Shown here: positions 41,806-58,441 of the stretch, piece after piece
Numbering within the stretch: position 1 is the stretch's first letter
Layout of the letters: each line of letters starts with the position of its first letter
NCBI GenBank assembly: GCA_951406725.2
Contig: OX597816.1
Coordinates: 80,476,001 to 80,540,000 of the forward strand
Reading direction: 5' to 3'
DNA from: Octopus vulgaris
Lineage: Eukaryota
DNA length: 64,000 bases
Translations under genes and position numbers: made by a program
The notes under the pieces: generated by a model
The model's input: the letters and a program-made list of their open reading frames with translations, nothing else
Databases searched by the model: none
What the model was told of the DNA's origin: nothing

Positions 41806-44800
41806 ATCAACCTGCAATTGATCAAACTTTTGATCATGCATATAAATTTAAAAGTATCCATCTTAGAAAATAAACACTACAGAAAACAAAAACCAAAAAA
41901 GACGCATCATTTAAGCAAATACTAAATCACACGTGATCAATGCAATTTCCGTTTCATTGAATGTTTTAGCCATTTACGGGAGAAAACACTTCACATACAT
42001 GCCTTGTAGAGGAAATTAATTCAACACTTTATTGTTGATTAATGTAACACATATAAACATTATTGTATTTGACGTATTGTATTTTATCCAGTGTTTAAGC
42101 ATACACAGCACATATATGTACTTACAAATACATTCACACATTTACATATATGTACACACCTATACGTGTATCACTTAAATGTGGAATCTTCGTAAAAGCA
42201 ATTAAAGATTGCTTTTATGTATGCTTTTGCATATAACTAGTGCATTTATTTTTAAAGGAAAATGCTGGCTGAGATTTCGAAGGATTTGTCGAAGAATGGA
42301 TTCGTCAATCACCGGCGAAACTTCAAAGTCCCTGTGAAACTTTTCCTTATAAAAATATACCATATATTTACAATATATACAAGGAAACTGTATTTATATT
42401 ACGTGTGTCTATATATAACTGTACGTTTGTAACATAAATACATGTTATCTGCATGCGTGTAGATATATATATATATATATATGACGTATGACTGACTGAA
42501 CTATATTATAAGAAATAGCAATCCTTCATCTAATGGATCATGTATTTATATAACTAATCCAATTGCTTAATTGATGTGCAGAGCAGACGATTCATATGCT
42601 GGCAGATACACATACATATATACATACGCAAATATATATGTGAATGTGTATGTATGCATGTATATATGAAGAGGGAGACAGAGGAGAGGATAAGAAAGAC
42701 GTTGACTTCAGAGCAATAGATTGAAATAATTATACATAATAGATAGAACGGCAACTGAGAAGGGCAATTATAACAATAAACTTAGAGAAAAGTTATATAA
42801 TCGAAACGCCAGAATAATTTCTTTCCCCCGCTTACAGCGATATCCACTTCTATGCAGCTGCACATATACAAACATCGTACGCACGGGCAAATTTATATAA
42901 AGGCAATTGTACAAGTACACATGCACACACATACCAGCACACACACACACACACACACACACAGGGAAATATATAATGCTGAGCCATAAAATATTCTCGT
43001 CATATCGTAATGATTAATATATAGCCAGTGAAATGAAGTATCGATTTATTCGCAGAAAGAATCCGTTAAGCGTTGTATGAACTACTCGTAGTGAAGAGTA
43101 GGATAATCTTTCCTGGTGTATCTACTTTCAGCAGAGACAATAGCAAACCTCGATTTTCATTTAATCCAGTTTGAATATATAGCTTTAAATTCAAGATGTC
43201 ACCGACCACCATGAACTAATCAAATCGAGCCAATAAGCAAACCTCTCAGCAATGTGCCGAGCTGGTAGAAATAGCAACCAAATCTCTTGTAAATAAATGT
43301 CTTTTAAAAGAAAAAGGATATTTAAGACAGTTTAGTATGATATATCTTTTGCATGAAAAACGCTTCGGTATTGATTGCAACATTTTGTTTACACATACAT
43401 ATATACATATATAAATACATGCATGCATGTATACATATGTACATACATAAATAAATAAATTAATACAAACACACATATGTATTTGTGTATGTATAATAGA
43501 AGTTTACATGGCACTTGGCAAGCGAGTATAACCAGATAGCACATAGTCGAGGACTGAAATAGTGACAATTTCTGTTCTCCCACGTTTACCCAGTGGAAGA
43601 GTGATAATATTATAGGTAGAGGGAAAGAGAGCTACTCTAGCACTCGCCATAGACTTACATTTGCAGTTTAGTAGATTGGAGCGACATAAAACGAATTCTT
43701 TGCTTAAAGACATAACGCGACACCTAGTTCGAACAGAATATAAGGAATGTAGAAAAAACCTTTCCAATAGCATTATAATTATTGCATTGAAATTGATGTG
43801 AGACTTGAAAATAGATATCTCCAGGATTTTAACGTAAAAGGGTTTATGATACCTTATTGGAAAAGCAGCCAAATATCGAGATTCTAGCTAGTCACTCTTT
43901 TTGGTTATCTAAGGCAACGTTTTATGGTAAACCTCACACAGTTGCAGAAACTTGTAAGAACTCAATAATCACACATAATTCTGGTTTAATTTTAAAACAA
44001 TGTCGCTCTTGAAATCAATAATCTGCATCTGTAAATCATCAATATCCAATTTAAACAGCTTTCCAAGTTCTTTGCACATATTTTAAATATTACTTGCACC
44101 CAAATGAAAAGCCAAAAAAACTACATATCTCAGAAATCTTATTAAAATCATTAAATCTCTTTTGAAATTGGCTCAATATATTTTCTATAAAAAATAAATG
44201 CAAATTATACATAATTATTATGCTTTGCGTTTGAAGTTAAACTCTTCTTATCAGATTCATCTTTAATATTTAAAGTGTGTGAGATAATTTTTTGCGAAGC
44301 TAGGTTATCCAAAGAGCTAATTTTATTTAAAAAATTATGGAAGTGAACATGATTGCAATATTTCTATTTTTGACTCGTAATGCAATGTTTTATTCATTTC
44401 GCTTTGTTGTAAAAGCTGTTTAAAATGTAAATTTGCGAAACCATTCCGAGTCTTCAAGAAAGGTTATATATTTTTTTAACAATTAGGGAATTAAGTCATT
44501 ATTGTTAAAAAAAAACAATTAGGAAATGGTCTCTTATGAAATTCTAGAAATTAGAAATATGAAAGATAACAACCAGCTAAACTTTAAATGGTTGTTTGTC
44601 TTCAAACCTCTTAGTTCAATGACAAATAGAACATACAATGATTTAACATTTCACGTATTTAAAATAAAAGTATTCATCCCTGTAATACTCTTCTTTAATT
44701 CTTATACGAGTATCAAAGAAAAATAGTGTTAATTTATGATTTTTCTTATCTAATGTAACAATTTATAGAATAATGGTCCGTGATTATCTAGTTATGAATA

Positions 44801-45244
44801 TAACATGTGTGGCAAGAGTTTGCGCTTGCATCATTCTCGTAAAGTTTCAGGTTTTTGGAGAATCTTCTCAGCGTGAAGGTAGCATAATTATCTCAAGAAT
44901 ATTTTAAGATATGAACATTTTAGTAATGGAAAGATATAATACGTTACCGTAATCATGCACATTATGTATGAGTGCTCACCGACTTATAACGATTAGTGTT
45001 ACACGAATTTTCGATGTTGCTAACCGCTATCTTAGCAGTGAATGCATTTTTCGACGCTACCAGAAGCTCAAATAGCGATAAGTGAAAGTTGTGTAGTGTG
45101 ATACGATCGACACGCAGAGGGATGCTGTTAGTATAACATTATTTCATCTCATTTCGTCACATCGTTTAATCTTTTTACTTTCTAGTGTCTTCACAATTCA
45201 TTTTTTCATGTTGTGAAATACCCTCGAATGTTATATCCTCAAAA

Positions 45245-46050
45245 CATGCCTAAAAGACTTTAAAAAATTGAAACACCTCATAGAAGTGAGTGGAACAGTA
45301 GAAAAGCAATAGCTCGCGAAGCAAAACTAATGATAGTAGCTCAGTGTGAAAGAAGAATATCTGCTTCAGTGCTTACACGCAATTTCAGTTTATTGTAGTC
45401 GATGATCTCTGTCATCTTAAATGATAAGTGCCGTGTCAGTGACGCCCTGAAGATATCGTTATCTTCAACGCATTACTAAAACTTGTTACATTCATGAAGA
45501 GGTGAAATCCATTCCAGGTTGCAATGCTTTTCAGTATCGTAGATTCTCGCTGGTGGAGAAAATGTAGCTGAGAAGCCACTTCTTCTTTAGTGCAGAAAAC
45601 CCAAGTGCTTTAAAGTAAGATAGCATACGCACGATGCCTCTTAACTATAACGAGCATATTAATGAAAGGATGATTAAATGAATCTTTGAATATTCGTTCT
45701 TGCATAACTGTTTAGAAAAAATAAACTGAATCAAAAATTTAATGAATTTTACATAATGCTCCGTGTCACCCATAGCATCTCCGACACTTGAATGCTGCTA
45801 TAAGCGTAGTGTAGCCAGCTCCAAATACAACAACAGTGAAGCAACCCATGGAACAAAAGTTATATAGATTTTTAAAGCATATTATCAACAAATAATCATT
45901 ACGAAAATGATAGACGCAACTGACCCAGAATTCATTCCCTGATTTTTGGAAAAGGCACAATGTTTTCAAGGTAATTAAGGACAATGCCGCAGTCACAAAA
46001 CCGTACAAATACAGTATCGTAAACAATGTGTTGAAAACTTAAGGAATATG
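45245..46050 (+). mobile_element. Degraded pogo/Tigger-type DNA transposase
   Basis: From ~45300, RKAIAREAKLMIVAQCERRISASVLTRNFSLL*SMISVILNDK matches the CENP-B/psq HTH pattern. Near 45515-45615, PGCNAFQYR and FFSAENPSALK resemble the DDE_1 motifs PGFKA.KDR and SENPRALK. Stops and deletions are present and the ends are uncertain. Confidence 0.7.
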
Positions 46051-47825
46051 AAACGCTTTCATATAGGGTTATATATATATATATACGAGTTTATATGTGT
46101 GTGTGTGCATATATATATGTACATCTTTATAGATACGAATGCAAAGATATATAAGTATGTGTTTATGCATGCATATCTGTACGTACGAATGTATGTATAA
46201 ATGATTATATATATGTTTGTGTGTACGTATGGATCACGAGTTGGCAAACATTTCATATTTTCCCTTAGTGGAGGAGTTCTGAGATCTATGGTTCTCTTTC
46301 CTTTAAGAGACTGCAGGTCATGTAACCGACTACCTGTTGAGTAACTGGGCACTAAGTGATTAGATATCTCAGATATAATATGAATATACTGCCTCAGTCC
46401 ATAGAACAAATGTGTGTGAGAATTTGTGCTTGTGCGCATTATAAAAAATATATAGAACGTACAGTTGTACAGTTTTTTTTCAAGTTTTATTAGTCACCAC
46501 CTTCAATGCAAAACTGAAACAAACACACACACACACACACACACACAAATACACACACAAACACACACACACAAACTCTCTCTCTCTCTCTCTCACGCAT
46601 ACACTCGGATTATTTAAAATAAGGCAAAGAAGAATATGAAAGTACAACAATTTAATTTAGGAAGAGGACACGTAAAGACCGGGAAATCAGGAAAATTGAA
46701 GCAAAACGCATTAATAGTAAAAGGGAAAGCCGATTCATGATTTTATAAATAAATTATAATATATAAGTAATATATATGCTAATATATGAGTAATATATAG
46801 TATATTACTCTAATATATGAGTAATAAATTAGAGTAACGATTCCAATAATAAACTTATGCTGATGACGTTTTCAAATTAGTTCATTCCTAGAATTCAACA
46901 AGTTGAAAGAAAAGAAGAATTCTTAACGGTACATATGCAACACGATCTACATCATTCAGAATATACTTAAAGTTTCTAGTGCCCCCAGCTTTCCGATCTG
47001 AAACGCGTTGTCCATGAGAGTTGCTGTTTATTTCTTTGACTGCCTAAAAGATTATGCATGTTATAGGAGACCTGTTCTTCAATGTAGGTTGTTAGGCGTA
47101 AATAATGTCGTTCACTTTAGCCTGCCAACTTCACCCTTGACAATATACGAAATCATTGCTGAGGAATGTATCTTCAAATAGTATCAGTTGAGAATGGCAC
47201 GATTACATTCGTTAAATTACGAATGCCTATTGCATATTATTTTGTCGCTACAGGAATTAAAATCCATCATACTGATGCTACTATTACTATCGAAAATTTT
47301 CATTTATTCTTGTTAAATATTTTGTGGTACTTGTGATCATTCTAGCAGCATTCCTTTTCGGAACTACAAGGCTTAAATCCATTTTGGCGACATTGGACAA
47401 CAAACTCATTCTGTATTAAAGATTATAACAAATAATATTCAAATTTGCGATGTTTCATGTTCTTGCGAGGGTACAAGATACTGTCGTAAAAGGCTGAAGA
47501 ACTAATTTCTTAATATACACCAACGTTTCATTTGGCTTCTGCTTGTATATAGAGTAAAATATACGTACACACACACCTATATATAAATGTATATATATAT
47601 ATAAGTGGTTAGCTGAGTTAGAGGTTAAGATAACCGTCTAAGGGATAGAAGTATCCATTACACTACCGGTATATTACCTATGGTTAACCATGGACATACA
47701 TATGCAAACATACTATGTTCATAAGTTATAGGTAAAGACGAGGGAAAAATGGATTTATCACGAATCAAAATTTAAAGAAAACAAACTGAATTGTTGTTCA
47801 TCAATATTTCTCCATTTTCTATTTT

Positions 47826-47879
<54 letters not shown>

Positions 47880-48066
47880 GCCATGATAGATCGCTAGCCA
47901 CTACACACATTTTTTTCTATCCTCGTTTCTTTCTATGTTCTTTTCTGTGGAAAAGCGTAGACTCGAAACGTTAAAGACTTTTTCAATTCCCGAGCATTAT
48001 ACTAATACATTTGTTTGTTTTCTACACCACCTGTCTTCGTCTTTTGTTTATTTCGTGAATTCTCCC

Positions 48067-48126
<60 letters not shown>

Positions 48127-50190
48127 TGTATGTATGTATGTATATGTACATATATACACATACTTACATACATACATGCATACATACATATACATACATA
48201 CATACGTACATACATACATACGTACATACATACATACATACATACATACATACATACATACATACATGTATATTATTCATTTCTCCGTTTAGGAATACCT
48301 TCTTCACAACAAGGGCTCTCTTAACTGAAGATATACGAACTCTCAAACCTATATTTACTAAAGCATAATGCAATTCCTTCTAGCAATGCATATTTAAAAC
48401 GTTTAGTAAATAACTGCTGATAAACAGAAACAAGATGGAAATAATATTTCTTCGATAACTCAATTGATTCCGCTGGTCATGACAAATTCTGCTTTAGGAG
48501 TAGAAATTGCACCTCCACGTAGCAAATTATGGGGGAACTTCGTGAGCATGTTATTTGAGATGAAGATAAGATTTCATTCACATGTAATCATATTATTTTA
48601 AATCGTGGCAAAGCACTAGAAAACAAAATCAGTAGAGAGAAACTCGGAAAATATTTGTTCATGCCAAAAAATGTCTATGAAACTGCCATACCTACAGTCC
48701 CCATATTTCTTTCAAACATTACAAATACATAGAAACACACATAAGTATATATCAGAATATTAATAAAGTACAAACATATATTTACCTAACTTAAGATACG
48801 TGATCAATCCAATATTAATAGCACATAAACTTCAAATAATATTTAAAGCCACAAACGATTACTTTTGAGCTGACCCTAAAGTGTAGGCTTAGTTTCAGTA
48901 ACTGCTCGAAGTGCGAAGTAGTTTATGAGCATTTTTGCGACGTGATTATCGTAAAACAACTTTCAGGGATGAAAAAGAGAAAACAGCTCTGGTTTAAAAC
49001 CCACATGGCGAATTGTAAATTATAAAATGTAAATATTTATAAGAAATCTTTCAATCTACTATGTATCAATGTATCACAAACGTAAATCTGTAATTCATAA
49101 TCAAAGCTTTTAGTCGACACAGAAAGCACTATCGTGAAACTCTGAAAGACGACTTGAAAGATTCCAGTCTTAATTGATTATATAATTGCTATCGGCATTA
49201 ATATAGAAGTAAATCATATATACCAGCGTATGCCTGGGTATGTGTGTGTATCTATGTTATTACTTCCATCTATATACACGAATATGTATATGTGAGTATA
49301 TGCGTGTGTGTGTATACACATACATTCATAACATACATACATACATACATACATAACATACATACATAACATACATACATGCATACATACATACATACAA
49401 ACATACATAACATATATACCATACATACATGCATACATACATACATACATACATACATACATACATACATACATACATACATGTATTCATATGTTTGAAT
49501 CTAGATACTTTCATATATCGACAGAAAGTGACAGAGAGAATGTCAGAGAGACGTATTTTGTGAAACTGTCAAATTTGGTACTTTATGAAATATCATTTTT
49601 CAATTTCAGTTTGCTGATTGAAAACATAGATTACTTAATTTAAGCATTGTAAAAACTGAATATGACGATTCTTAAAACCAATTGCTTAATAATTTAACAT
49701 AAGCACAGACGGATGAAGATTAACAACTAAAATACCCTGCATTAGCTATCATCAAAGAGATTTCAGATACAACGATAGATAAAGTAAACGATAAAATATA
49801 TAACATTATATGGAGCTCTGGCTTATTGATGAAGAATATATTCAGAGTCAAGTGTTGCTATGAATCCACTAATATTAGCATTCATATGTAAATCCTAAGT
49901 AAGTTATTAGTCTTATCAATATATGTGTACCGAATATACATTTGTGATTGAAAATTACGCAAACACACAATGCTGACGCAGAAACATACATGTACACGTA
50001 CCACACTACCCCACCACCACCACTACCACCACCAAACACACATACATATATATACATACACATACATACATAAATACATACATATATACATACAAACATA
50101 CTTACATACATACGCATAAGTATACAGCAAGTATGCAGATATGGGAAATTGTACACACAATTATACGTGAGTACTGTGTCGTCTCTTTTT

Positions 50191-50569
<379 letters not shown>

Positions 50570-51125
50570 GCAAGCGTGTGTGTGTATATACATATATGCG
50601 TATGTGTATTTATATGCCTATATATGCATATTTATCATATATTTATGTGCCTGTACATCTGCATGTACCCACTCGTATGTTTGTATGTGTATCTCCCTGT
50701 GTCTGTATGTTTGCGTGTATTGGTGAACACCAATTCTTTCTGACATTCATATACAATATTGAACTCTACCGGTTTTTTATGTGCAATATTTTGCATCTCT
50801 TATATTTTTGCCAACAATATATTTGGATTTTCGGTACAGAAATATTCCAATAATAAACTCTTATTATTCGAGTCTTGTAAACTATAATGATAAAACAGCA
50901 TTAATATCTTTTGAAAGTTAAAAAAAGCACAATAAATCCATTCGCAATATTAAAGCTGTGATTATTGAAATGACTGTGTGAGTATGTGTACGTTTGTTTA
51001 TGTGGAGACAGACACACAGTAGTTAGATAGATAGATCTTGTTTTCCCAAGCTTGTGATGTTCCATGCTTACGAGAGAAGGCACTCACAAATACGCACACA
51101 GACACCCCCCCTCTCTCTCTCTCTC

Positions 51126-51160
<35 letters not shown>

Positions 51161-54100
51161 GACTTGCGTATATGCCTGTGTATTGGATTTCTTTGATATC
51201 CCACGTAGCATCACTAACATACCTCGCGAGCTTTCATTTATCATGAACCATTGCTCATTTTTGTCGAAACGAATTGAAACCATTTCGGGAATATATTGAA
51301 TTATGTATGATGTATATTATGCAATGAACAAATGATACGTGGAGACAAGGGTCAATATTGCAGTACATTATAGTAATAGGAGACTTATGGGCGGTTGAAT
51401 CCATATGGAAATATCTTACGGTATTTAGTTGGTGCCTTTCCATAGAAGATTTAAATATTGCCAACTTGTACCTTAACGTTTAGCTTTCGGGATTCGACAG
51501 AATAAATACCAAACAAATACTGCTGTGCAGTTAAAAATACAACTTGAATTATGTATGATTTACGTTTTGTTATGAAGAATTACTGCTTGAAGAAACAAGG
51601 GTCACTACTGAACTGAAATGGGCACACCTCCCACCATTAGATTCCACTGGGAGCTGCACCACTTGGAATCAATTCATAACATTTCATTAACACCGCTGAG
51701 TGAAAAGGCATAAATATTTATAAATTCAAAAATCTTTCTCGTTTCGCAAGTCTGAGAAATAAATACATTTAAATATTTTCATTTCAGCTTGACATTTCAT
51801 AATTAGCTCGTATCAAACTTTGAACGATTAAGAATGGGAAATTTTTTGCAAGGAAAATAATAATAAAACCCGGAGTTTTGTTTGACTGTCAAATTTGCAA
51901 CTTTGCGAAATTACATTTGAAAATATTGGCTTCTCGATCTAGTATTTTACAAAACTGAATACAAAACTTCTTAAAATCAATGGTTTGACAAGTGAATGAT
52001 GAAAATTATTCAGACATTTAAAGAAAAGCCTTTCACAAAATCATTCATGACATAAGGTGCATCGCTGACGCAAATGGAGTGAAATGGCTACGACAGTTAA
52101 TCGGTGGCAGGTCTAACAAAAGAGCTAACTTGTCATTGGCTTTCATCTAGGCCATTAATTATTAACAGAGGGGGAATATTAAAAAATTGACTTAATCTAT
52201 TTCGTTAGGAGTAAGCATTTCAGCGAAGTAGCTGGAAAATATTTGATTTCATTTATATTTTTTATGCTGTATCTTCTTTTCGGCGTGTTAGCTTTTGGTA
52301 CCTTAACATTTTCCTGGCTCTTGATACTTTTGAGTATTTCAATATCAGATCTAGGTACATTAGTTATATTTCTAATTAGCTTTTGCCAAGCTGATTCCCT
52401 ATTGATATTTTGTGTCCTTCTTTTAACTTGAATAACACACACTGCATCAGATATCGAATCTGCAGTAAAGACTAGAATATTCAATGAGGAAATATCTGCT
52501 TCACTTTATAACTGGGTTTTAGAACTGCATTTACCATACGTATTGCTCTACTATTTCGTTTTGAGTTGCGAATCATTGAAAGGTCATTGTGATCCCTCAT
52601 TTCGGTGTATATGCCATTAAACTACTCTGATACAACTTTTATGTTGAGATCGCCATATTCCGAGTCTGAAACCAATCTGAAACCAATCTCATGTAGATCA
52701 GCGCCAGGAGCTATTTCGTTGAATGCCTTGGTTTCTGTATTTCTTGTTCTGGGTTCTACTTCTAAAGTGAAGCAATGTGTTACATCATTATTTGCTTTCT
52801 CATTTGTTCAACTATTTGCCTGGACATGTATTTGAATCAGCTGGATATGCATGCCAGTCAAAACCCTCTTCTTCATAATGTTCATAGGAATATTAGCTAA
52901 TTCATGGCTATCTATGTTTCGTTTGGTAGAGTTTTATTTACTCCAGTTTATATAATCTAGTTTCGGCTTACATCTATGCGATGGTAACTGCACTACAGTG
53001 AAATAGGCCACCAGAACGTCATTGTTTTCTTCCCTTGTTCATTTTCATCTTGTTTTCGCTTTATCACATGAAGGAGGTGTGCATTAAAGGTCATTATTTG
53101 GAGGTATTCTATTAATGCCTTCATGCCTTTGTTTTTCAAAGGGATCAAACGCCCGATCCGATATGTATGTTCATTGCAAGGTATTTTCTACATACTTGTG
53201 TATTGCCCTTATCGTCAATGTATAGTGATTATAACACACGAGGTTACTAAGAGTAAGGAAACTATGACTTGTTTGTCGTTTTATTCAAGTTTACTATCAT
53301 CATTTTTTATTATTGAATGATAATATTTCATAACATTCTATGAAACTTCTAATATCATAGTGCGTTACGCAACTTCTTTGCATGAAGTACTGTTTCTTCT
53401 TCTTCTTCGTTGTCGCGTGGAAGACGAATTTAGTTGTCTGACGAGTGTACAGCGAAGGTCGACGCACCACCTTCCCTTAGCAGAGTAAGAGGCTGTGTGT
53501 AGTGGACCCGTCTGAAAGGTTTGCAGACAGGCATATTTCTATCTAGTGAGGCCCTCATAAATTTGAACTCAGAACGTAAAACACAGTAAGGCATACCCAA
53601 TACTCTAACGATTCTCCAAAATAATAATTATTTCTTGTACTTTCCACAATGGCGACAGATGATGGAGCAAAACGTGTGTTTAACAAGTTATAGCAGCAAG
53701 AATTGCGAAAAGGTGAGCAGTCTTTTTAATTGAACCACGTCTCTTGAGTTGGTACTTACTTTAATGGTCCAGGAATAATGGAAATTAAATTAACTGCAGA
53801 AGAATTTGAACTTAGTATGCAAAGAAAAGTGTCTAGGTATGAAAAGTATTTTCCCTCTGAGTACTATTGTAATCAAAGACCATAACTGCATCCCAACTTT
53901 CAATTAAATAATAGTATATGAAAAATATTACACACGATATGAAAGTTCACACGTCCTTAAAGAAAAAAGAAGAAAACAACTTGAGTTGATAATTACAATA
54001 TATTTTGGTTTCTACTAATCAGAATCCTGTATTCATTTTCCAGATGAAATGACAAAGAAATCGAGTAAAATAATGAAAGATAGTGATTTCAAGAGGCAAA

Positions 54101-54400
54101 TATATCTTAGTCGAAAGACGTTTGCTGTCAAAGTTAGACTTAAATCGGTGTTAAATGTGATAAATTATCATTAAATTCCCAAGAGAATTGGAACTCTATA
54201 AGAACGACAGCATTGAAATACAAAGCTTGGTGAATAATTTCCTCCAACATACTCATGTACACACACACACACACACACACACAAACAAACAGAGAGCAAA
54301 CAAACGCGCGTATATGCATATTTGCATTGACACATACATGCTATGCACACACATACATATGCATACATATGGTGGTGCACACGCACTATATACAAGCATT

Positions 54401-54457
<57 letters not shown>

Positions 54458-56653
54458 GTGTGTGTGTGTGTGTTTGTGTGTGTATGTGTGTGTGTGTGTG
54501 TGAGCTTAAGGTTAGCTAAAATATGTTTGCGACATATTTCAACTTCCAAAGGCAAATTTACTGCAGTTACCGCAGAGAAAACATTCTCTCTTATGGTAAA
54601 AAGATGTAAAAAATACATCAGCGATTAGCAGAGACCATGTCGCAGTAGTTGCTTTATCGAAGCTTGATATAACGAAAGTATTCAATAACGGAGCAATGTT
54701 TTCTATTATCTTGCAATATACTTCTAATTCTCCCTTTAAAACAGTGTAGAAAATCTCATATTAAATAGGACCTATAATAGAGTGTCTAGAATTGTGATGC
54801 CTCGAAAGAGCAATGTCTTTCTTTGCTCTTCTTTCAATAACAAATTATCTGGCATAAAGTATTATAAAACAGAAGCCAGATCCTAACGACACCATCAAGT
54901 TTTTGGGTTTCCACTCCTGGTTAAACCAATTCACTATGCACGCACATGAAGTTAACAATCTTGAAAACATATATGAGAATATTACTTCCATGCGCACGCA
55001 ATATTTCATAATCATGTGAAACATTGAAACACAAGTAAATGAGAGTGGAAAGAGAACATTTGCTGAGGTGTATAATACCAAGCTATAACTACCAGTCCCG
55101 TCAGTATGCGACTACTCTGTACATTATTGGTCTTTGTGTAATAAATCTGAAGACAGTATGATGCAGATGTTATACAATTGTACTAATAATTCTTGAATGT
55201 TTAAATTTTGGATGGGCTTTTTTACTAACAACACTCTGGAGGAACAAGTTTGTGCTGTTGTGATTTTTTAGATATTATGTTATACTTCATTTACGATAGT
55301 TTTATGCATGCGAAAGCTATCAGAGTCACCATATTCGTATGTCGATTCCTATAAAATCACTATCTAGTGAATGGCTTGTCTAAATCATTTACGTCGATTT
55401 CTGGTTTCGCTCTGTAAAAGCTGTGAAGTTATGTTCTTTTCAAGTCGAGACCGCCACGTAGTTTCGAGTCCAATGTGAATTTCTTTTCAATTCATTTCTC
55501 TCTGTCCAACAAAAACCCGAGAGAATAAGTGTGCATTACAGTTTCCAGAACCGAAAATAGTTCGTATGATGGCAGGAAGAACGATAATATTAATTTAATC
55601 AATTCAAACATATCTGGTGGGTTTTATATTTGACCTCGGCGGAATGGAAGGCGAATATTGTCTCCGGCGGTATTTAAGCTGGGGAACGGAAAAGGCTAAC
55701 CACTAAACACTATTGATCCTGGGAGGAAACTTTAATTCCAGGGATAGGAATTCTTTCACTCACGTGTGAAATCTCTCTAAACCCAAAAGTAAAAAAAAAA
55801 AACCACTTTAGCCCTATGAACAAACAGTAATCTGTATTTGCAAAGCTAAACATTCCTCCGTCGTTTCTACTATATAGAAACATTAAAAGGTGCTAGAATT
55901 AACAACCAAGTCAGTTCAGAGCCATAATCATTATTAAAAAATCAGTTTAACGAAGAGTTTTGTTTGCGTTGGTGCTGTTATTGGTCATATTGGAGTTTTG
56001 TTCTTTTGATGACTGTAGTTGTAGTTGTGTTTAAAGTAGTCGAGGCAGAATTGATAGTAATGGTAGTGTATAAAATGGTTGTGATGGTGGTGTTGGTGGT
56101 AGTGGTCGTGGCAGTTTTCACGGAGGTGGTGGCAGCGGTGTGGTTGGCAACGACGGCGGTGACGACGACTACGATAATGATGATGATGATGACGACGACG
56201 ACGACGACGACGATGATGATGATTACGATGACGAGGATGCATTTATCGAAAGCAACGTTTACCAAAATTATGATGATAAGAATGATAACAACGTCAGTGG
56301 CAATAATAACGTAGATGAGTGGTGATGTCTGTGATGAAGAATTCGATGAAAACCCCCCTAAGCGACGAGTATAATGATATGATGATGATGTTTTCATTGT
56401 TGGTGTTGTTCCTACTGATTATAAGGACAATAATAATAATGCTGCTGCTGCTGTTCATGTTGCTGTTGCTGCTGCTGCTGCTGATGATGATGATGATATA
56501 ATGATGAGGTAATACTGTGAGTGGAGAGGAACAGGCAATAATGATAATGATAATGTTGATTTTTTATATATTTTCAATTAAAATTTAACGTTTTAATTAT
56601 ATTGAAACAGCAACAACAAAAAATGGTTTAATTTTAAATGCGTACGTTCATGC

Positions 56654-56726
<73 letters not shown>

Positions 56727-56993
56727 CACACACACACATATATATATATGCACACATGTCTGTGTGCATGTAAGGTTGGGTGGATGCATGCATGTATGAA
56801 TGTATATATGTTTGAACGTACACATACATATATGCATTATATATGTATGTATGGCGATATGGTTGTATGTTTCAGAGCCAAAATCGATGACTGATAGTTC
56901 AAAGGCTAATTATACAAGGGAAGCAATTTAATAGATTAGCAATTTGTTGTTGCTGTTGTTGCCATTCTAAATATTAGTGTGGTTGAGATTCTT

Positions 56994-57009
56994 ATCATTA
57001 TTATTATCA

Positions 57010-57050
<41 letters not shown>

Positions 57051-57081
57051 GTTGTTGTTGTTGCTGTTGGTATTATTATTA

Positions 57082-57125
<44 letters not shown>

Positions 57126-57232
57126 GTTGTTGTTGTTGTTGTTGGTATTATTATTATTGTTATTATTATTATTATTGTTATTATTATTACCAACAGTAGC
57201 CGCAGCACCGGTAGTAGTAGTAGTAGTAGTAG
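56994..57232. repeat. (ATT)n/(GTT)n/(GTA)n compound microsatellite
   Basis: Visible directly. Confidence 0.9.
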
Positions 57233-58188
57233 CGGCTGTGGCAGAGGCAGTGGCGGAGACAACGGTATAGACGATGGTGGAGGCAGCGGTTGCAGCAGCT
57301 GCAGCGCCCTCTATCGTTTTTCTCTGTTATTGTTTTTGTTAATTCCATTATTACTTGTTACTGATTTAATGTTTTTATTTGGGTGGTTTGTTTATACAAT
57401 GAGAGTCGCTAAATTTATTCTTAACATCTTGGTTGCAGTAGTTGCTATTGTGGGTTCCACGTATTGTAGTTTCTATTGCTTTTTTTTTTTTTGTCCTTGA
57501 CGATATTATTCATGTCAATATTATCCCTCTTGTTGCCCCTTTCGTTGTTAATTATGTTGAGGCTGCTGTTATCTTTATTTTCTGGGTTTTTTTCACTTGT
57601 TTATTTTGTTTCCGTGATTGTTAATTTATTTTTAGTCGCAGCATTAGTGTGCAGCACATGTTGGTACGTATATTATCAGTATTGCTGTGCCTGTTGTTTA
57701 GTCCTCGAACCCATTTTATTGCAGCCTATAATCAAATGCATTACAATTCTGACAATTACATCATTCCTTGTATCATATCTATATTGTCCCACGTAACCAT
57801 CTTTATTTAAAGTCTGCAGATGTGATGTTGCTCGAAATTGTCTGTCATTTCCAGCAGAGTGAGCAGCCACAGAAAAGCTCCCTTCCCAATTCGATATTGC
57901 AAATTTTGGCTGTCAATGTTGTTGTTGGTGTATTTTGGCTGTATGTATTGTTGGTGTTGGTGTTGTTGTTTTTGCCGTTGCTGGGATGTTGATAATGTCG
58001 TAACAGACGTTGCTGATGTTGTTGAGATATTTTCGAAGCAATTTTAGCGAATAATATGGGTCCTATTCATAAACATTTTCCATTCATATGATATCCGCTG
58101 TTCGACATGTCTTATTACTTTATTACGCAAATTCCTATACATATATAGAAACATGCTACTCATATAACTACACACACAGACATATATG

Positions 58189-58267
<79 letters not shown>

Positions 58268-58387
58268 GCGTGACATATAAGTCCAGAACAAGTGGCAAAT
58301 AATAGTACTTGAATACCGAAGGTAGATTAATATGCTTTCGCTAGAACACCAAAATCTTCACAAACTGTGAGCTTCGAGTTACCGTTT

Positions 58388-58441
58388 GTCGGACAGTTGT
58401 GATCATACTCTATGATCACATGATGATCACAACTGTCCGAC
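58388..58441. repeat. Perfect 19-bp-stem hairpin
   Basis: gtcggacagttgtgatcat-16 nt-atgatcacaactgtccgac. Confidence 0.9.
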
